64,000 nt of DNA from an uncultured Gemmatimonadaceae bacterium. GTDB taxonomy: Bacteria; Latescibacterota; UBA2968; UBA8231. Positions 50,949 to 61,217 of this stretch are shown piece by piece. The translations under genes were made by a program, and so were the position numbers. Position 1 is the first letter of the stretch. Every line of letters starts with the position of its first letter. The stretch covers positions 2,056 through 66,055 of the forward strand of contig CAZEHQ010000002.1 of NCBI GenBank assembly GCA_964512165.1, read 5' to 3'. Under the pieces are notes generated by a model. That model saw nothing but the letters and a program-made list of their open reading frames with translations. It was not told the origin of the DNA and made no database searches.

Positions 50949-52448
50949 ATGAATTACGCGACAACACAGGGCAGGTGCAAAGAAGACTCGGGCCGCCGGG
51001 GCCTGGAGAGCCAGGAGGAGGAACGCCAGGAGGCGCTTCTGGCCCATCTGCAGCGACTCCTGCCCGACCCGGGGCGGTCATCGGCCTTCCGAGCCGCGAT
51101 GGTGGCCGAGCCCTCCACGTGCGTACGGCTCAACTCCCTGCTGCCGGTGGCGGAGGGCCTGCGTGGACCCCTGGCGGAGAAGGCCGAAGGGGTGCCCTGG
51201 TCCCCCGACGCCTTCACCCTGCCGGAGGACATGTCCGCCGCCGTCGGCCACAGCCTCGAGTACCGCCTCGGAGGCTTGTACGTCCAGGCCAAGGCCACCA
51301 CCCTCGCCGCCGTCGTCCTCGACCCCCGCCCGGGCCAGCTCGTCCTCGACATGGCCGCGGCCCCCGGCGGCAAGGCGACGCAGATCGCCGCGGCCCTGGG
51401 AAACAGCGGGATCCTGGTCGCCAACGAGCCCGGCGCCCGGCGCCGGCCGGCGCTCGTGGGCCACCTCGAGCGTTGCGGCGCCCACAACACTCTGATCACC
51501 GGCGCCCCGGGGTCGATGATGGCGCGCTGGTTCCACAACGTCTTCGACCGCGTCCTGCTGGACGCCCCCTGCTCGGGCGACGGCATCCTGTGCAAGGACC
51601 GGCACATGCTCGCCTGGTGGTCGCCCGAGGACGCGCGCCGCAAGAGCGTGCAGCAGGTCGGCCTCCTGAGGGCCGCCTTCCACATGCTGCGGCCGGGGGG
51701 CCGTCTGGTCTACTCGACCTGTTCGCTGTCGACGGAGGAGAACGAGGACGTCCTCCTGGGGCTGGTGAAGAAGTACCGGGAGCTGGTCGACATCGAGCCG
51801 GCAGCCGGGGTGGCGGCATCCGGACTGGCGGCGGATGCCGCCGCCAGGTATCCCGCCGCCTTCGGAGGGTGCGTGCGCGTGTGGCCCCACGAGCACGCTA
51901 CCGAGGGGGCCTTCATCGCGGCCGTGGGCAAGCGGGGGGCCACCGAGTGGGAGCGGGTCGAGGGCGACGCGGGTCGACGGCTGGCCGGGGCTCCCCCTGA
52001 GCCGGACCCCGCCGGCATGGCGGACAGGATCGGCGAGCGCTGGGGCTTCTCGCCGGAGATCCCCGCCGGCCAGGAGCTGGTCGCCGGCCGGCGGCACCTC
52101 CACCTGAGGCCCGCGGGGGCCGCCCGGCTCCAGGGGGAATTCCCCTGGTTCGTGCGCACCGGGATGCGCGTGGCCGGCCTGCACAAGGGGGCCCTGCATC
52201 TGTCGCAGCAGGCCGTGGCTCTCTGGGGGCACCTCGTGCCGGAGCGCCGCCTGGACCTCTCCTGGCCCCAGGTGGCGGGGCTTTTCCGTGGGGAGGAGGT
52301 GGCCCTGCCCTCGCTGCCCGCGGGAGAGGTCATCTGCTTCTACGACGGCGATCCGGTCTGCCGGGCCCTGCCGACCGGCGAAGGCCGTCTGCGGGGTTAC
52401 CTGCCCAAGGTCTCGCGCACCGACCGACTGCAGGGGCTGTTTCGGTGA
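50949..52448 (+). CDS. NOL1/NOP2/Sun family RNA m5C methyltransferase (RsmF/RsmB-like)
   Basis: SAM motif DMAAAPGGK, catalytic Cys blocks (DAPCSGDG, TCS); start chosen at ATG 50949 (ORF opens at GTG 50910). Confidence 0.75.
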   Translation: MNYATTQGRCKEDSGRRGLESQEEERQEALLAHLQRLLPDPGRSSAFRAAMVAEPSTCVRLNSLLPVAEGLRGPLAEKAEGVPWSPDAFTLPEDMSAAVGHSLEYRLGGLYVQAKATTLAAVVLDPRPGQLVLDMAAAPGGKATQIAAALGNSGILVANEPGARRRPALVGHLERCGAHNTLITGAPGSMMARWFHNVFDRVLLDAPCSGDGILCKDRHMLAWWSPEDARRKSVQQVGLLRAAFHMLRPGGRLVYSTCSLSTEENEDVLLGLVKKYRELVDIEPAAGVAASGLAADAAARYPAAFGGCVRVWPHEHATEGAFIAAVGKRGATEWERVEGDAGRRLAGAPPEPDPAGMADRIGERWGFSPEIPAGQELVAGRRHLHLRPAGAARLQGEFPWFVRTGMRVAGLHKGALHLSQQAVALWGHLVPERRLDLSWPQVAGLFRGEEVALPSLPAGEVICFYDGDPVCRALPTGEGRLRGYLPKVSRTDRLQGLFR

Positions 52449-53554
52449 GCGGCGCCGGCCGCCCGCCCTTCGCACGGCTCCTTGTCTGGACCTGCCTGGT
52501 TTGCGGCCTGCCGCTGGAGGCTCAGCCCTCGGCGCACCGGCCGGTCTTTCAGAAGGGCATGACCTTCACCCATGGCTACGGCAGCGAAGACAACCTGATG
52601 TCCGGGACCTCGACGGCCGCGATGGAGCATCTCCGCCGGGTCAACGTCGAGTGGATCGCCCTCAATCCCTTCGCCTACCAGCGCACGGTGGACCACGCGG
52701 CCCTGCGCTTCGGGAGGGACCCGCCCGACGACCATCTGCGCCACGGCATCCGCGAGGCCCGCCGGCTCGGCTTCAAGGTCATGCTCAAGCCCCACGTCTG
52801 GGTGCGCCGGCAGAGCAGCGAGCACTGGCGGGGCACCATCGGCATGGCCACGGAGGAGGCCTGGCAGCAGTGGTGGAGCCACTACGAGAGCTTCGTCCTC
52901 CACTACACCCGCATCGCGGCGGAGGAGGGGGTGGAGATCTTCTGCGTCGGCGTCGAGCTCACTCGTGTCGCCAGGGAGCGGCCGGAGGACTGGCGGCGGC
53001 TGATCGCGCGAGTTCGCGAGGCCTACCCGGGGCCGCTGACGTACGCGGCCAACTGGTGGGAGGAGTACGACCGGGTCGAGTTCTGGGATGCTCTCGACTA
53101 CATCGGCATCAACGCCTTCTTCCCCCTCGCGGAGCCACCGGGTCCCGGCCTCGAGCAGCCGGACCCCACCATCGAGCAGCTGCGCGCCGGCGCCGTGAGG
53201 ATCGCGGACGAGATCGAGGCGCTCCACCAGCTCACGGGGCGCCCGGTGCTGCTCACGGAGATCGGCTACAAGTCGGTGCGCGGCGCCAGCCTGCGGCCCT
53301 GGGAGTGGACGCGCCGGCCGGAGCCGGACCTGTCGATGGAGGAGCAGGCCCTGTGCTACCAGGCCGTGCTGGAGGCGTTCTGGCCGCGCCCATGGTTCCA
53401 CGGCATGTACTGGTGGAAGTGGCACTCCGACCTGCGTGGCGGTGAGGAGCAGGGCGGATTCACGCCCCTCGGCAAGCCCGCCGAAAGGGTCCTCACCGAG
53501 TGGTACCAGCGTCTCCGGCCCGTGCCCCCCACTCCGCTTCGTACCCCCCGCTAG
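52445..53554 (+). CDS. secreted clan GH-A (TIM-barrel) glycoside hydrolase, GH5/GH113-like
   Basis: Signal peptide, candidate acid/base (NWWEE) and nucleophile (LLTEIGY) positions; GTGA overlap with RNA methyltransferase stop. Confidence 0.5.
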   Translation: MSGAGRPPFARLLVWTCLVCGLPLEAQPSAHRPVFQKGMTFTHGYGSEDNLMSGTSTAAMEHLRRVNVEWIALNPFAYQRTVDHAALRFGRDPPDDHLRHGIREARRLGFKVMLKPHVWVRRQSSEHWRGTIGMATEEAWQQWWSHYESFVLHYTRIAAEEGVEIFCVGVELTRVARERPEDWRRLIARVREAYPGPLTYAANWWEEYDRVEFWDALDYIGINAFFPLAEPPGPGLEQPDPTIEQLRAGAVRIADEIEALHQLTGRPVLLTEIGYKSVRGASLRPWEWTRRPEPDLSMEEQALCYQAVLEAFWPRPWFHGMYWWKWHSDLRGGEEQGGFTPLGKPAERVLTEWYQRLRPVPPTPLRTPR

Positions 53555-53818
53555 AAACGGGAAACCCCTTCCCTCCGGCGGCAGCTTCTTCCCGGACCGG
53601 TGCGCGGAAGGCGGGACGGGAACCACCATATCTGGGGGGATAACACAGCCCCTGACCCTACATCATGCTCTGGCACGAGCCTTGCCAGAAGACGGCCAAC
53701 ACCTCGTGACCGGGCGTTGCGTCCTCCCCGCCGCCCGGGAACGATCCCGGCGGCCGTCCCCCGGCCCCGGGTCCCGCGCCGGGCGGTCCGCTCCCCGAGA
53801 CCGTCCGGCGCACCTGTT

Positions 53819-54418
53819 CTACCCCCCCGTCCAGCGCGGGAACAGGTCGTGCTCCAGCCCCAGGAGGGCGAGGACGCGGCCGGCCATGAAGTCCCCCAGA
53901 TCCTCGAAGGTCCGCGGCTTCTGGTAGAAGGCCGGCATGGCCGGCACCACCGAGGCTCCGGCCTCGGCGACGGCTACCAGGTTGCGCAGCTGGATCAGGT
54001 TCAGGGGGGTTTCGCGCACCACCAGCACGAGCGGCCGCTTCTCCTTGAGGGAGACGTCGGCGGAGCGCTCGATGAGGTTCGACGAGGCGCCGCGGGCGAT
54101 GCCGGAAAGGGTCTTCACCGAGCACGGCACGACGACCATGCCGTCCATCGGCGCCGACCCGGAGGAGATCTCACGGGTCAGGTCGTTGACACCGTGTTCC
54201 TGGAGAGTCCCCTCGCGGACCTCTTCCCCGGTGGTGCGCGCCAGGAAGTCGAAGATCGGCTCTCGGTCGGGTTCCCAGCCGAGCTCCTCGTGCATCACGT
54301 AGCGCCCGTACCGCGACATCACCAGGTGCACGTGGTGCCCGGAGGCCAGCAGCGCCCGCAGGGCGCGCGCTCCGTAGAGGGCGCCGCTGGCCCCCGTGAC
54401 ACCGACGACGAAAGACAT
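53819..54418 (-). CDS. ubiX: flavin prenyltransferase UbiX (MqnM-equivalent)
   Basis: Colinear with E. coli UbiX (GVTGASGALYG, CSVKTLSGIA, KEKRPLVLVVRETPL, PAFY); only the last 199 codons of the 755-aa ORF are real. Confidence 0.9.
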   Translation of the reverse strand: MSFVVGVTGASGALYGARALRALLASGHHVHLVMSRYGRYVMHEELGWEPDREPIFDFLARTTGEEVREGTLQEHGVNDLTREISSGSAPMDGMVVVPCSVKTLSGIARGASSNLIERSADVSLKEKRPLVLVVRETPLNLIQLRNLVAVAEAGASVVPAMPAFYQKPRTFEDLGDFMAGRVLALLGLEHDLFPRWTGG

Positions 54419-54426
54419 CGGCTGCC

Positions 54427-56415
54427 TCACGGGGAATCGTCGCCGTTCAGCGCCCGCCGGCCGGCGTCGAGGAGCTTCACGATCTCGTCCGCGTCGTAGA
54501 CGCAGCCGCCCCAGGTGCCGCCGCCGGCCTGCTGCAGGGCCGCCCACAGGCGGGTGTCGTCGGGCAGTTCCTCCTCGGGAGCCAGGTCGGGCCGGGGGGC
54601 GCGTCCGGCCAGTATCCGCGCTCCCTCCTCCGCCCCGAAGGTCGCCTCTCCGTGCCCCACCAGGTCGATGCCGCCCTCCAGGTTGCGGGTGTCGATCCGG
54701 ACCTCCACCACGTCGCCCTCGATCAGCCGGCCCACCGGCCCTCCGGCGAGGGCCTCGGGGCCCACGTGGCCGATGCAGGGCCCGCTCGAGAACCCCGAGA
54801 ACCGGGCGTCGGTGAGCAGAGCCACCTGGCCGCCCGACTCCCAGTACTTGAGCGCGATCGTCACCTGGGCGATCTCCTCCATGCCGGTGCCCATGGGGCC
54901 GCAGGAGAGCAGCACCATCACTTCGCCGCCGCCGATGCGGCCCTCCTTGATCGCCGCCATGGCGGCGCGCTCGGTGGTGAACATCCTGGCCGGCCCCCGC
55001 AGGCGGTAGACGCCGTCCTCGTCCAGCAGGGCCGGGTCGATGGCCGTGCTCTTCACCACCGAGCCCTCGGGGGCCAGGTTGCCGGTGGGGAAGCAGACGG
55101 TGCTGGTCATGCCCTTGGCGCGGGCGCCGGCCGGATCGTGGATCACGTCCCCGGGATCGACGCCGTCCAGCGCCTGCAGGCGGCCCCGCATCCGCCGCCG
55201 CCGCTCGCTGTCTTCCCACCAGTCGAGGTTCTCTCCCAGGCTGCGGCCGGTGGCGGTCGTCACGTCGAGGTCGAGGAGCCCCATGGCGCGCAGGTGCAGC
55301 ATCACCTCGGGCACCCCGCCCGCCAGGAAGGCGCGCACCGTCACGTGGTTCCGCGGCCCATTTGGGAGCACATCCACCAACCGGGGCACCTGCCGGTTGA
55401 CGCGGTCCCAGTCCTCCACGGTCGGCCGCCGCAGCCCCGCGGCGTGGGCGATGGCGGGCACGTGCAGGAGCAGGTTCGTGGAGCCGCCGAAGGCGGCGTG
55501 GACGATCATGGCGTTCTCGACGGCCGCCTGGGTCAGCACGTCCGCCGAGGTGAGGCCCAGCGACTCCAGGGCGACGATGGCGCGCCCTGAGCGCAGGGCC
55601 ATGTCGCGCCACACCGGCTCTCCCGAGGGAGCCAGGGCGGCGTGAGGCAGGGTCAGGCCCAGGGCCTCGGCCACGACCTGGGCGGTGGCCGCCGTGCCGA
55701 GGAACTGGCAGCCGCCCCCGGGAGTGGCGCAGGCGCGGCAGCCGAGGTCGTTGACCTCGTCGATGGTGATCTCGCCGCGGGCCAGGCGCGAGCCCACCGA
55801 CTGGATCTTGCCGGCGTCCTCGCCGTGCTCCGGTGGCAGGGTCACCCCCCCGGGCACGACGACCACGGGAAGGCCGCGGGCGCCGGCGAGGGCGATCAGG
55901 ACCGCCGGCAGCCCCTTGTCGCAGGTTCCCACGCCGATCACCCCGCGCCGCCGCGGCAGGGAGCGGATCAGCCGCCGGATGACGATGGCCGCGTCGTTGC
56001 GGTAGGGCAGGCTGTCGAACATCCCCGTGGTGCCTTGGGAGCGGCCGTCGCACGGGTCGGAGCAGTAGGCGGCGTAGGGGATGCACCCGAGCCGGGTGAT
56101 CTCGCGGGCGGCCTCCTCCATGAGCAGGCCCACCTCCCAGTGGCCGGTGTGGTAGCCGAGGGCCACCGGCGTGCCGTCCGGGGCGCGGATACCGCCGAGA
56201 GTGCTGACGATGAGGAACTCCTTGCGCCCGAGATGGGCGGGGTTCCAGCCCATGCCCGCGTTCTGGCTGTAGGCGAAGATGTCGCCGCTCGGCGAGCCGA
56301 TCACCGTCTCCTCGTCGAGGTTCAGGCGCCCCTCCGGGCCCCGCGCCCGGGTGCGCACCTCGTAGATCTCCTGGCCGCCTCCGAGGAGGTCGTCGAGGTC
56401 GACGGGAAGGGTCAT
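54427..56415 (-). CDS. IlvD/EDD family dehydratase (long YjhG/YagF/EDD-like form, 662 aa)
   Basis: CDKGLPA, Cys-ligand block [33 protein letters not shown]; start at internal ATG 56415, ATGA-coupled to upstream prenyltransferase. Confidence 0.85.
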   Translation of the reverse strand: MTLPVDLDDLLGGGQEIYEVRTRARGPEGRLNLDEETVIGSPSGDIFAYSQNAGMGWNPAHLGRKEFLIVSTLGGIRAPDGTPVALGYHTGHWEVGLLMEEAAREITRLGCIPYAAYCSDPCDGRSQGTTGMFDSLPYRNDAAIVIRRLIRSLPRRRGVIGVGTCDKGLPAVLIALAGARGLPVVVVPGGVTLPPEHGEDAGKIQSVGSRLARGEITIDEVNDLGCRACATPGGGCQFLGTAATAQVVAEALGLTLPHAALAPSGEPVWRDMALRSGRAIVALESLGLTSADVLTQAAVENAMIVHAAFGGSTNLLLHVPAIAHAAGLRRPTVEDWDRVNRQVPRLVDVLPNGPRNHVTVRAFLAGGVPEVMLHLRAMGLLDLDVTTATGRSLGENLDWWEDSERRRRMRGRLQALDGVDPGDVIHDPAGARAKGMTSTVCFPTGNLAPEGSVVKSTAIDPALLDEDGVYRLRGPARMFTTERAAMAAIKEGRIGGGEVMVLLSCGPMGTGMEEIAQVTIALKYWESGGQVALLTDARFSGFSSGPCIGHVGPEALAGGPVGRLIEGDVVEVRIDTRNLEGGIDLVGHGEATFGAEEGARILAGRAPRPDLAPEEELPDDTRLWAALQQAGGGTWGGCVYDADEIVKLLDAGRRALNGDDSP

Positions 56416-57299
56416 GGCAGGATCCGCGGAGGCTCGCCGAGGATCAGCAGGTCGGCGAGGGTGAAGGCGAGGTAGGCGACACTGACGAGGCTGTTCATGG
56501 TCATGAAGGCGGTGTTCACCTTGGTCAGGTCGTCGGGTTTTACCAAGCGGTGCTCCCAAGCGAGCAGGGCGGCGATGGCGGCGACGCCGGCGAAGTAGAG
56601 CAGGTGCAGTCCGGCGGCCGCGCCCACCCAGACCATGAACAGCACCGCGAGCAGATGGAAGAGTCGGGCCAGGCGCAGCGCCCCGGCGAGGCCGAAGCGC
56701 ACCGGGATCGAGTGCAGCCCGGCGCCGCGGTCGAATTCGTGATCCTGGCAGGCGTAGAGGACGTCGAACCCGGCCACCCAGGAGAGCACCGCCAGACCGA
56801 GGAGGACCGGGGGCAGGGCGAAGCCGCCGGCCACGGCGATCCAGGCGCCCAGCGGCGCCAGGGCGAGACTGGCCCCGAGAAACAGGTGCGAGGCCCATGT
56901 GAAGCGCTTGGTGTAGGAGTAGCCGAAGACCACGGCGAGAGCCACCGGCGACAGGGCCAGGCAGAGCGGGTTGAGCTGCCAGGCGGCGTACACCAACAGG
57001 GCCGAGGAGAGGGCGACGAAGGCGGCGGCGGCGGCCGGCGACATCGCCCCGGTGGCCAGCTCGCGCTGCGCCGTGCGTGGGTTGGCGGCGTCGATGCGGC
57101 GGTCGACGATGCGGTTGAAGCCCATGGCCGCCGAGCGCGCCGCCACCATGGCGACCACGATCCACAGCAGCTGCCGGGGGTGAATGCCGGTGACGGCGGC
57201 GGCCAGGGCGGCGCCGCTGAGGGCGAAGGGCAGGGCGAAGATGCTGTGGGAGAACCTGATCAGCCGGCCGTAGAGGAGGACCGGCGAGAGGATGTTCAT
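56412..57299 (-). CDS. UbiA family polyprenyltransferase (MqnP-like)
   Basis: Multi-TM protein, [10 protein letters not shown] and second Asp-rich motif (YACQDHEFD); ATGA overlaps on both sides. Confidence 0.8.
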   Translation of the reverse strand: MNILSPVLLYGRLIRFSHSIFALPFALSGAALAAAVTGIHPRQLLWIVVAMVAARSAAMGFNRIVDRRIDAANPRTAQRELATGAMSPAAAAAFVALSSALLVYAAWQLNPLCLALSPVALAVVFGYSYTKRFTWASHLFLGASLALAPLGAWIAVAGGFALPPVLLGLAVLSWVAGFDVLYACQDHEFDRGAGLHSIPVRFGLAGALRLARLFHLLAVLFMVWVGAAAGLHLLYFAGVAAIAALLAWEHRLVKPDDLTKVNTAFMTMNSLVSVAYLAFTLADLLILGEPPRILP

Positions 57300-58105
57300 G
57301 TGAAGAAGCGCAGCTCGGGGACCGACTCGATCAGCCCGTGGCCGTGGGCGAGGCAGTAGAACTCGGTGAGGCCGGCGACCTGGGCCGGCCCCAAGTCGTA
57401 GCAGATATGATCGCGGAGATAGCTCTCGTAGAGCTCGGTGGAGCCGGTGCGCTCGCGCTGGAAGTCGGCGGCGATCTCGGCCATGTGCGCAACTCCTTCG
57501 CGGCGGGCCCTCTGCAGCCGTGCCACATGCTCGGCGGCGACCGCCTCTTCCCGTCCCGCCCAGAAGGCGAAGACGCCGGGCCGGCGCGTAAGCTCGTGCC
57601 ATTCCCGGCCCAGGTCCAGGCTGGAGCGGCCGGCGGCGGCGTCGGGGCCGACCAGGGGAAGCACCGGGTCCCCGATCAGCAGGGCGGCGTCGGCGCCGTG
57701 GAGCATGGCATCGAGGTCCGGGGGAGCCGCGGCGATCTCGGGATCGATGCCGTAGCGCTCTCGAAGCAGGACCTGCAGCAGCACCACCGAGGTGCGGGAG
57801 CTGGTGTCGGCGGCCACCCGGCGCACCTGGCCCAGTCGCCCCCGGTAGAACAGGCGCACGGTCAGGACCTCGCCTTCGGAGCCGATGGCCAGGCCGGGAA
57901 CGATCCGGAGGGCTCCGGCCCCTCGCGCGTACTCCACCGCGGGGATCAGACCGACATCGAGGCGGCCGGAGGCCAGACGATCGGCGCAGGCCGAGGGCAC
58001 GCCGTAGTCCACCTCGAAGAGGTCGTCCTGATCGAGACCGTAGGTGAGAGGCCGGGAGTTGAGATAGCTCACCGCGCCGAGGCGGACGCGGCGATGGGCG
58101 CTCAT
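57296..58105 (-). CDS. mqnA: chorismate dehydratase MqnA (futalosine pathway)
   Basis: [10 protein letters not shown]-terminal motif and DUF178 colinearity; 269 aa. Confidence 0.8.
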   Translation of the reverse strand: MSAHRRVRLGAVSYLNSRPLTYGLDQDDLFEVDYGVPSACADRLASGRLDVGLIPAVEYARGAGALRIVPGLAIGSEGEVLTVRLFYRGRLGQVRRVAADTSSRTSVVLLQVLLRERYGIDPEIAAAPPDLDAMLHGADAALLIGDPVLPLVGPDAAAGRSSLDLGREWHELTRRPGVFAFWAGREEAVAAEHVARLQRARREGVAHMAEIAADFQRERTGSTELYESYLRDHICYDLGPAQVAGLTEFYCLAHGHGLIESVPELRFFT

Positions 58106-59259
58106 GAAGCGGCGGCGTGCTGCAGGGCCTGCAGGCGGGGCCGGGTGGCCACCCTCTCGTAGCGCGTGTTCCGCCGCACCGGGTCGAAACCGGCGTCGCG
58201 GATCAGCCGCTCCATGTTCGCCAGGTCCATCTCGTTGGTGTGGCTCGTGCCGGCGGCGCTGACCACGTTCTCCTCGAGCATGGTGCTGCCGAAATCGTCG
58301 ATCCCGCAGCGCAGGCTGACCTGGGCGATCCGCGGCCCCTGGGTGACCCAGGAGGCCTGGAAGTGGTCGAAGTTGTCGAGGAAGAGGCGGCTCACGGCGA
58401 CCGTTCGCAGGTGGTCGTAGCCGCTGGCCTTGACCCCGTTCCAGCGGGAGGAATCGGCGCCGAGGTCGGTCTCGTCGGGCTGGAAGTTCCAGGCGATGAA
58501 GGCGGTGAAGCCGCCGGTCTCGTCCTGCAGGTCGCGGAGCAGGCGGAGGTGCTCGAGACGGTCCTCGACGCTCTCCACGTGGCCGTACATCATCGTCGCC
58601 GTGGTGCGCATGCCGAGGCCGTGGGCGGCGCGGTGCACGTCGAGCCACTCGTGGGTGCGGTCCTTGCGGAAGCCGATGACGTCGCGCACCTCGTCCACGA
58701 GGATCTCGGCGCCGGCGCCGGGGATGGAGTCGAGGCCGGCGTCGCGCAGCCGTCGGATCGTCTCCTCGAGAGAGAGCTTCGACAGGTGGGCGATGTAGAT
58801 GATCTCGGTGGCCGACAGGCAGTGGAGCTGCACCGAGGGGTAGCGGTCCCGGATCCGGGTGAGCAGGTCCTCGTAGTAGTCGAGGCGCAGCTTCGGGTTG
58901 AGCCCGCCCTGCATGAGGATCTCGTTGGACTTGGGCTCGTCGCCGCCGAAGGCCACGAGCTCGTCGATCTTGGCGAAGATCTCGTCGTGGGGCAGGGTGT
59001 AACCCTCGTCGGAGCCCGGGGGCCGGTAGAAGGCGCAGAAATCGCACCTCACCCAGCAGACGTTGGTGTAGTTGATGTTGCGGCCCACGTTGTAGGTGAC
59101 CACCGGCTCGGGGTGCTTGCGCATCCGCACCTCGTGGGCCAGCATGCCGAGCTCCGCCACGTTCGGATGGGCGAAGAGCCGGCGGGCGTCGTCGACGCTC
59201 AGCCGCCGGCCCCGGCCGACCTTCCCGGCGATGTCGGCGATCCCCGGGGAGCCGTTCAT
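58102..59259 (-). CDS. radical SAM MqnC/MqnE-family enzyme (cyclic dehypoxanthinyl futalosine synthase or aminofutalosine synthase)
   Basis: CWVRCDFCAF CxxxCxxC cluster, 385 aa; cannot tell MqnC from MqnE by eye. Confidence 0.8.
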   Translation of the reverse strand: MNGSPGIADIAGKVGRGRRLSVDDARRLFAHPNVAELGMLAHEVRMRKHPEPVVTYNVGRNINYTNVCWVRCDFCAFYRPPGSDEGYTLPHDEIFAKIDELVAFGGDEPKSNEILMQGGLNPKLRLDYYEDLLTRIRDRYPSVQLHCLSATEIIYIAHLSKLSLEETIRRLRDAGLDSIPGAGAEILVDEVRDVIGFRKDRTHEWLDVHRAAHGLGMRTTATMMYGHVESVEDRLEHLRLLRDLQDETGGFTAFIAWNFQPDETDLGADSSRWNGVKASGYDHLRTVAVSRLFLDNFDHFQASWVTQGPRIAQVSLRCGIDDFGSTMLEENVVSAAGTSHTNEMDLANMERLIRDAGFDPVRRNTRYERVATRPRLQALQHAAAS

Positions 59260-60383
59260 CCCGCGGCCTCGCCGAGCAGCTCCTCGGTGCCGGCCACCAC
59301 GTTGTAGAGGCTGTCGCGCTCGACCGGCTTCCTCCCAGCCTCCACGATCCGGCCCAGCAGCTCCCGCTGCGTCAGGCGCTGCCGGGTCGCCTCGAAGCTC
59401 TCGCGGGTGATCTCGTAATCCATCACCGTGCCGTCGAGATCGTTGGCGCCGTACCAGAGGGCGACCTGGGAGATCTCGATGGTGTTCATGATCCAGAAGG
59501 TCTTGATGTGGGGGAAGTTGTCGAGCATCAGGCGGCCCACGGCGATCTCGCGCAGGTCGAGCTGCCCGGTGGGGCCGGGCAGGTGGTCGATCTCGGTGCG
59601 CTCGGGATGGAAGGAGAGGGGGATGTAGCACAGGAACCCTCCCGTCTCGTCCTGGATCTCCCTCAGTCTCGCCAGGTGGTAGACCTTCTCCTCGGTGTTT
59701 TCCACGTGGCCGTAGAGCATGGTGGCGTTGGTGGGCAGGCCGCTGCGGTGGGCGGCGGCGGCGATCTCCAGCCAGTCCTCGGAGTCGGCCTTGGTCCAGA
59801 ACAGGTCCTCGTGGACGCGGTCGGAGAACACCTCGGCGCCGCCGCCGGGCAGCGACTCGAGCCCGGCCTCCCGCAGATCGGCGAAGACCTCCTCCATGGG
59901 CTTGCGCGCCACCCTCTGGATCTGGGCCATCTCGATCATGGTGAAGGCCTTGAGGTGTGCCTCCGGGCGCGCCGCCTTCATGGCCCGCAGCAGATCGAGG
60001 TAGTACGGGTAGGGCAGCTTGGGGTTGACGCCCCCCACCATGTGGATCTCGGTGATCGGCGCGTCGCCGTAGTCGTGGATGCGCCGCGCCACCTGCTTCG
60101 GATCGAGGACGTAGCCGCGGTCGTCCTTCGGCTTGACGTAGAAGGAGCAGAACTTGCACAGCTTGTTGCAGATGTTGGTGTAGTTGATGTGCTGGTTGCG
60201 CACGTAGTAGGTGAGATCCCCGTGCCTCGTCTCGCGCACCAGGTTGGCCAGGTAGCCGATGGCGGGCAGGTCGGGGCACTCGTACAGGCGCAGCCCGTCG
60301 TCGGCCGACAGGCGCCGGCCGTCGAGGATCTTGGCGTGCACGCCGGCCAGACCGGCGCGCTCGATCTGCTCTTCGAGGATCAA
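59256..60383 (-). CDS. radical SAM MqnE/MqnC-family enzyme (second paralog)
   Basis: CNKLCKFCSF CxxxCxxC cluster, 375 aa. Confidence 0.8.
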   Translation of the reverse strand: MILEEQIERAGLAGVHAKILDGRRLSADDGLRLYECPDLPAIGYLANLVRETRHGDLTYYVRNQHINYTNICNKLCKFCSFYVKPKDDRGYVLDPKQVARRIHDYGDAPITEIHMVGGVNPKLPYPYYLDLLRAMKAARPEAHLKAFTMIEMAQIQRVARKPMEEVFADLREAGLESLPGGGAEVFSDRVHEDLFWTKADSEDWLEIAAAAHRSGLPTNATMLYGHVENTEEKVYHLARLREIQDETGGFLCYIPLSFHPERTEIDHLPGPTGQLDLREIAVGRLMLDNFPHIKTFWIMNTIEISQVALWYGANDLDGTVMDYEITRESFEATRQRLTQRELLGRIVEAGRKPVERDSLYNVVAGTEELLGEAAG

Positions 60384-60428
60384 GGGGAGGATTCCGTGGC
60401 GGCTCGTCTCGTGGTGACCGTACCCAAC

Positions 60429-61217
60429 TTACCCAGGCCCCCCTGGCGCGACAACCCCGGGCCGGGGCACCCGGCCCTGGTACACGGCGCTGATCCCGAG
60501 GGTCAGCGGCACGTGGCGGTTGTCCTCGAAGCCGGCTTCCTCCATGAGCTCGAGGAAGGTCCGGCCCTGGGGAAAGACCCCCACCGACTGCGGCAGGTAG
60601 GAGTAGGCCCGGCGGTTGCCGGAGATCAGCCCCCCGACGACGGGGAGCACGCGGCGGAAGTAGAACCGGTAGAGTTGGCGGAAGCCGAAGAGGGTGGGCT
60701 CGGTGAAGTCGAGGACCACCAGCTCGCCGCCGGGGCGCAGGACACGGCGGGCCTCGGCGAGACCGGCGGGGATGTCCCCGAAGTTGCGCACGCCGAAGGC
60801 CGCCGTCACCAGATCGAAGGTGCCGGCGGCGAAGGGCAGGCGCTCGGCGTCGCCGCCGAGCCAGTCGATCGGGGGGCCCCCGCCCTCGGCGGCCTTGGGC
60901 ACTCCCAGGCGGACCATCTCGAGGGCGACGTCGGCGGCCACGATGCGCTCGGCGCCCAGCCGCCGGGCGGCGATGGCGAGATCGCCGGTGCCGGTGGCCA
61001 CGTCGAGCAGGCGCCGGGGGGCCTCGTGGCGCACGAGGGACAGGGCGCGCCGCCTCCAGTAGATGTCGATGCCGGCGCTCAGCAGGTGGTTGAGCAGGTC
61101 GTAGCGGTGGGCGATGGCGTTGAACATGTCCCGGACCGCCCGTTTGCGTCTGTTCACCTCTTGGCCGGTCATCTCTGCAGGGATATCCTTCGCGGCCCTT
61201 TCGGTGGACGTATCCAT
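60429..61217 (-). CDS. menG: demethylmenaquinone/ubiquinone methyltransferase (UbiE/MenG)
   Basis: MFNAIAHRYDLLNHLLS N-terminal block, LDVATGTGD SAM motif; start may be the internal ATG at 61172. Confidence 0.85.
   Translation of the reverse strand: MDTSTERAAKDIPAEMTGQEVNRRKRAVRDMFNAIAHRYDLLNHLLSAGIDIYWRRRALSLVRHEAPRRLLDVATGTGDLAIAARRLGAERIVAADVALEMVRLGVPKAAEGGGPPIDWLGGDAERLPFAAGTFDLVTAAFGVRNFGDIPAGLAEARRVLRPGGELVVLDFTEPTLFGFRQLYRFYFRRVLPVVGGLISGNRRAYSYLPQSVGVFPQGRTFLELMEEAGFEDNRHVPLTLGISAVYQGRVPRPGVVAPGGPG

Noticed and set aside
53819-56086. 755-aa ORF extending ubiX upstream
   Set aside because: The N-terminal 556 residues are low-complexity RPG-rich and overlap the IlvD/EDD gene, which has strong motifs in another frame. 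UbiX homology begins at the internal ATG 54418.
54427-56415. Possibility that the 662-aa gene in the mqn operon is the UbiD/MqnL decarboxylase
   Set aside because: The CDKxxP, Cys-ligand and GGSTN blocks are diagnostic for IlvD/EDD dehydratases. No UbiD signature was seen.
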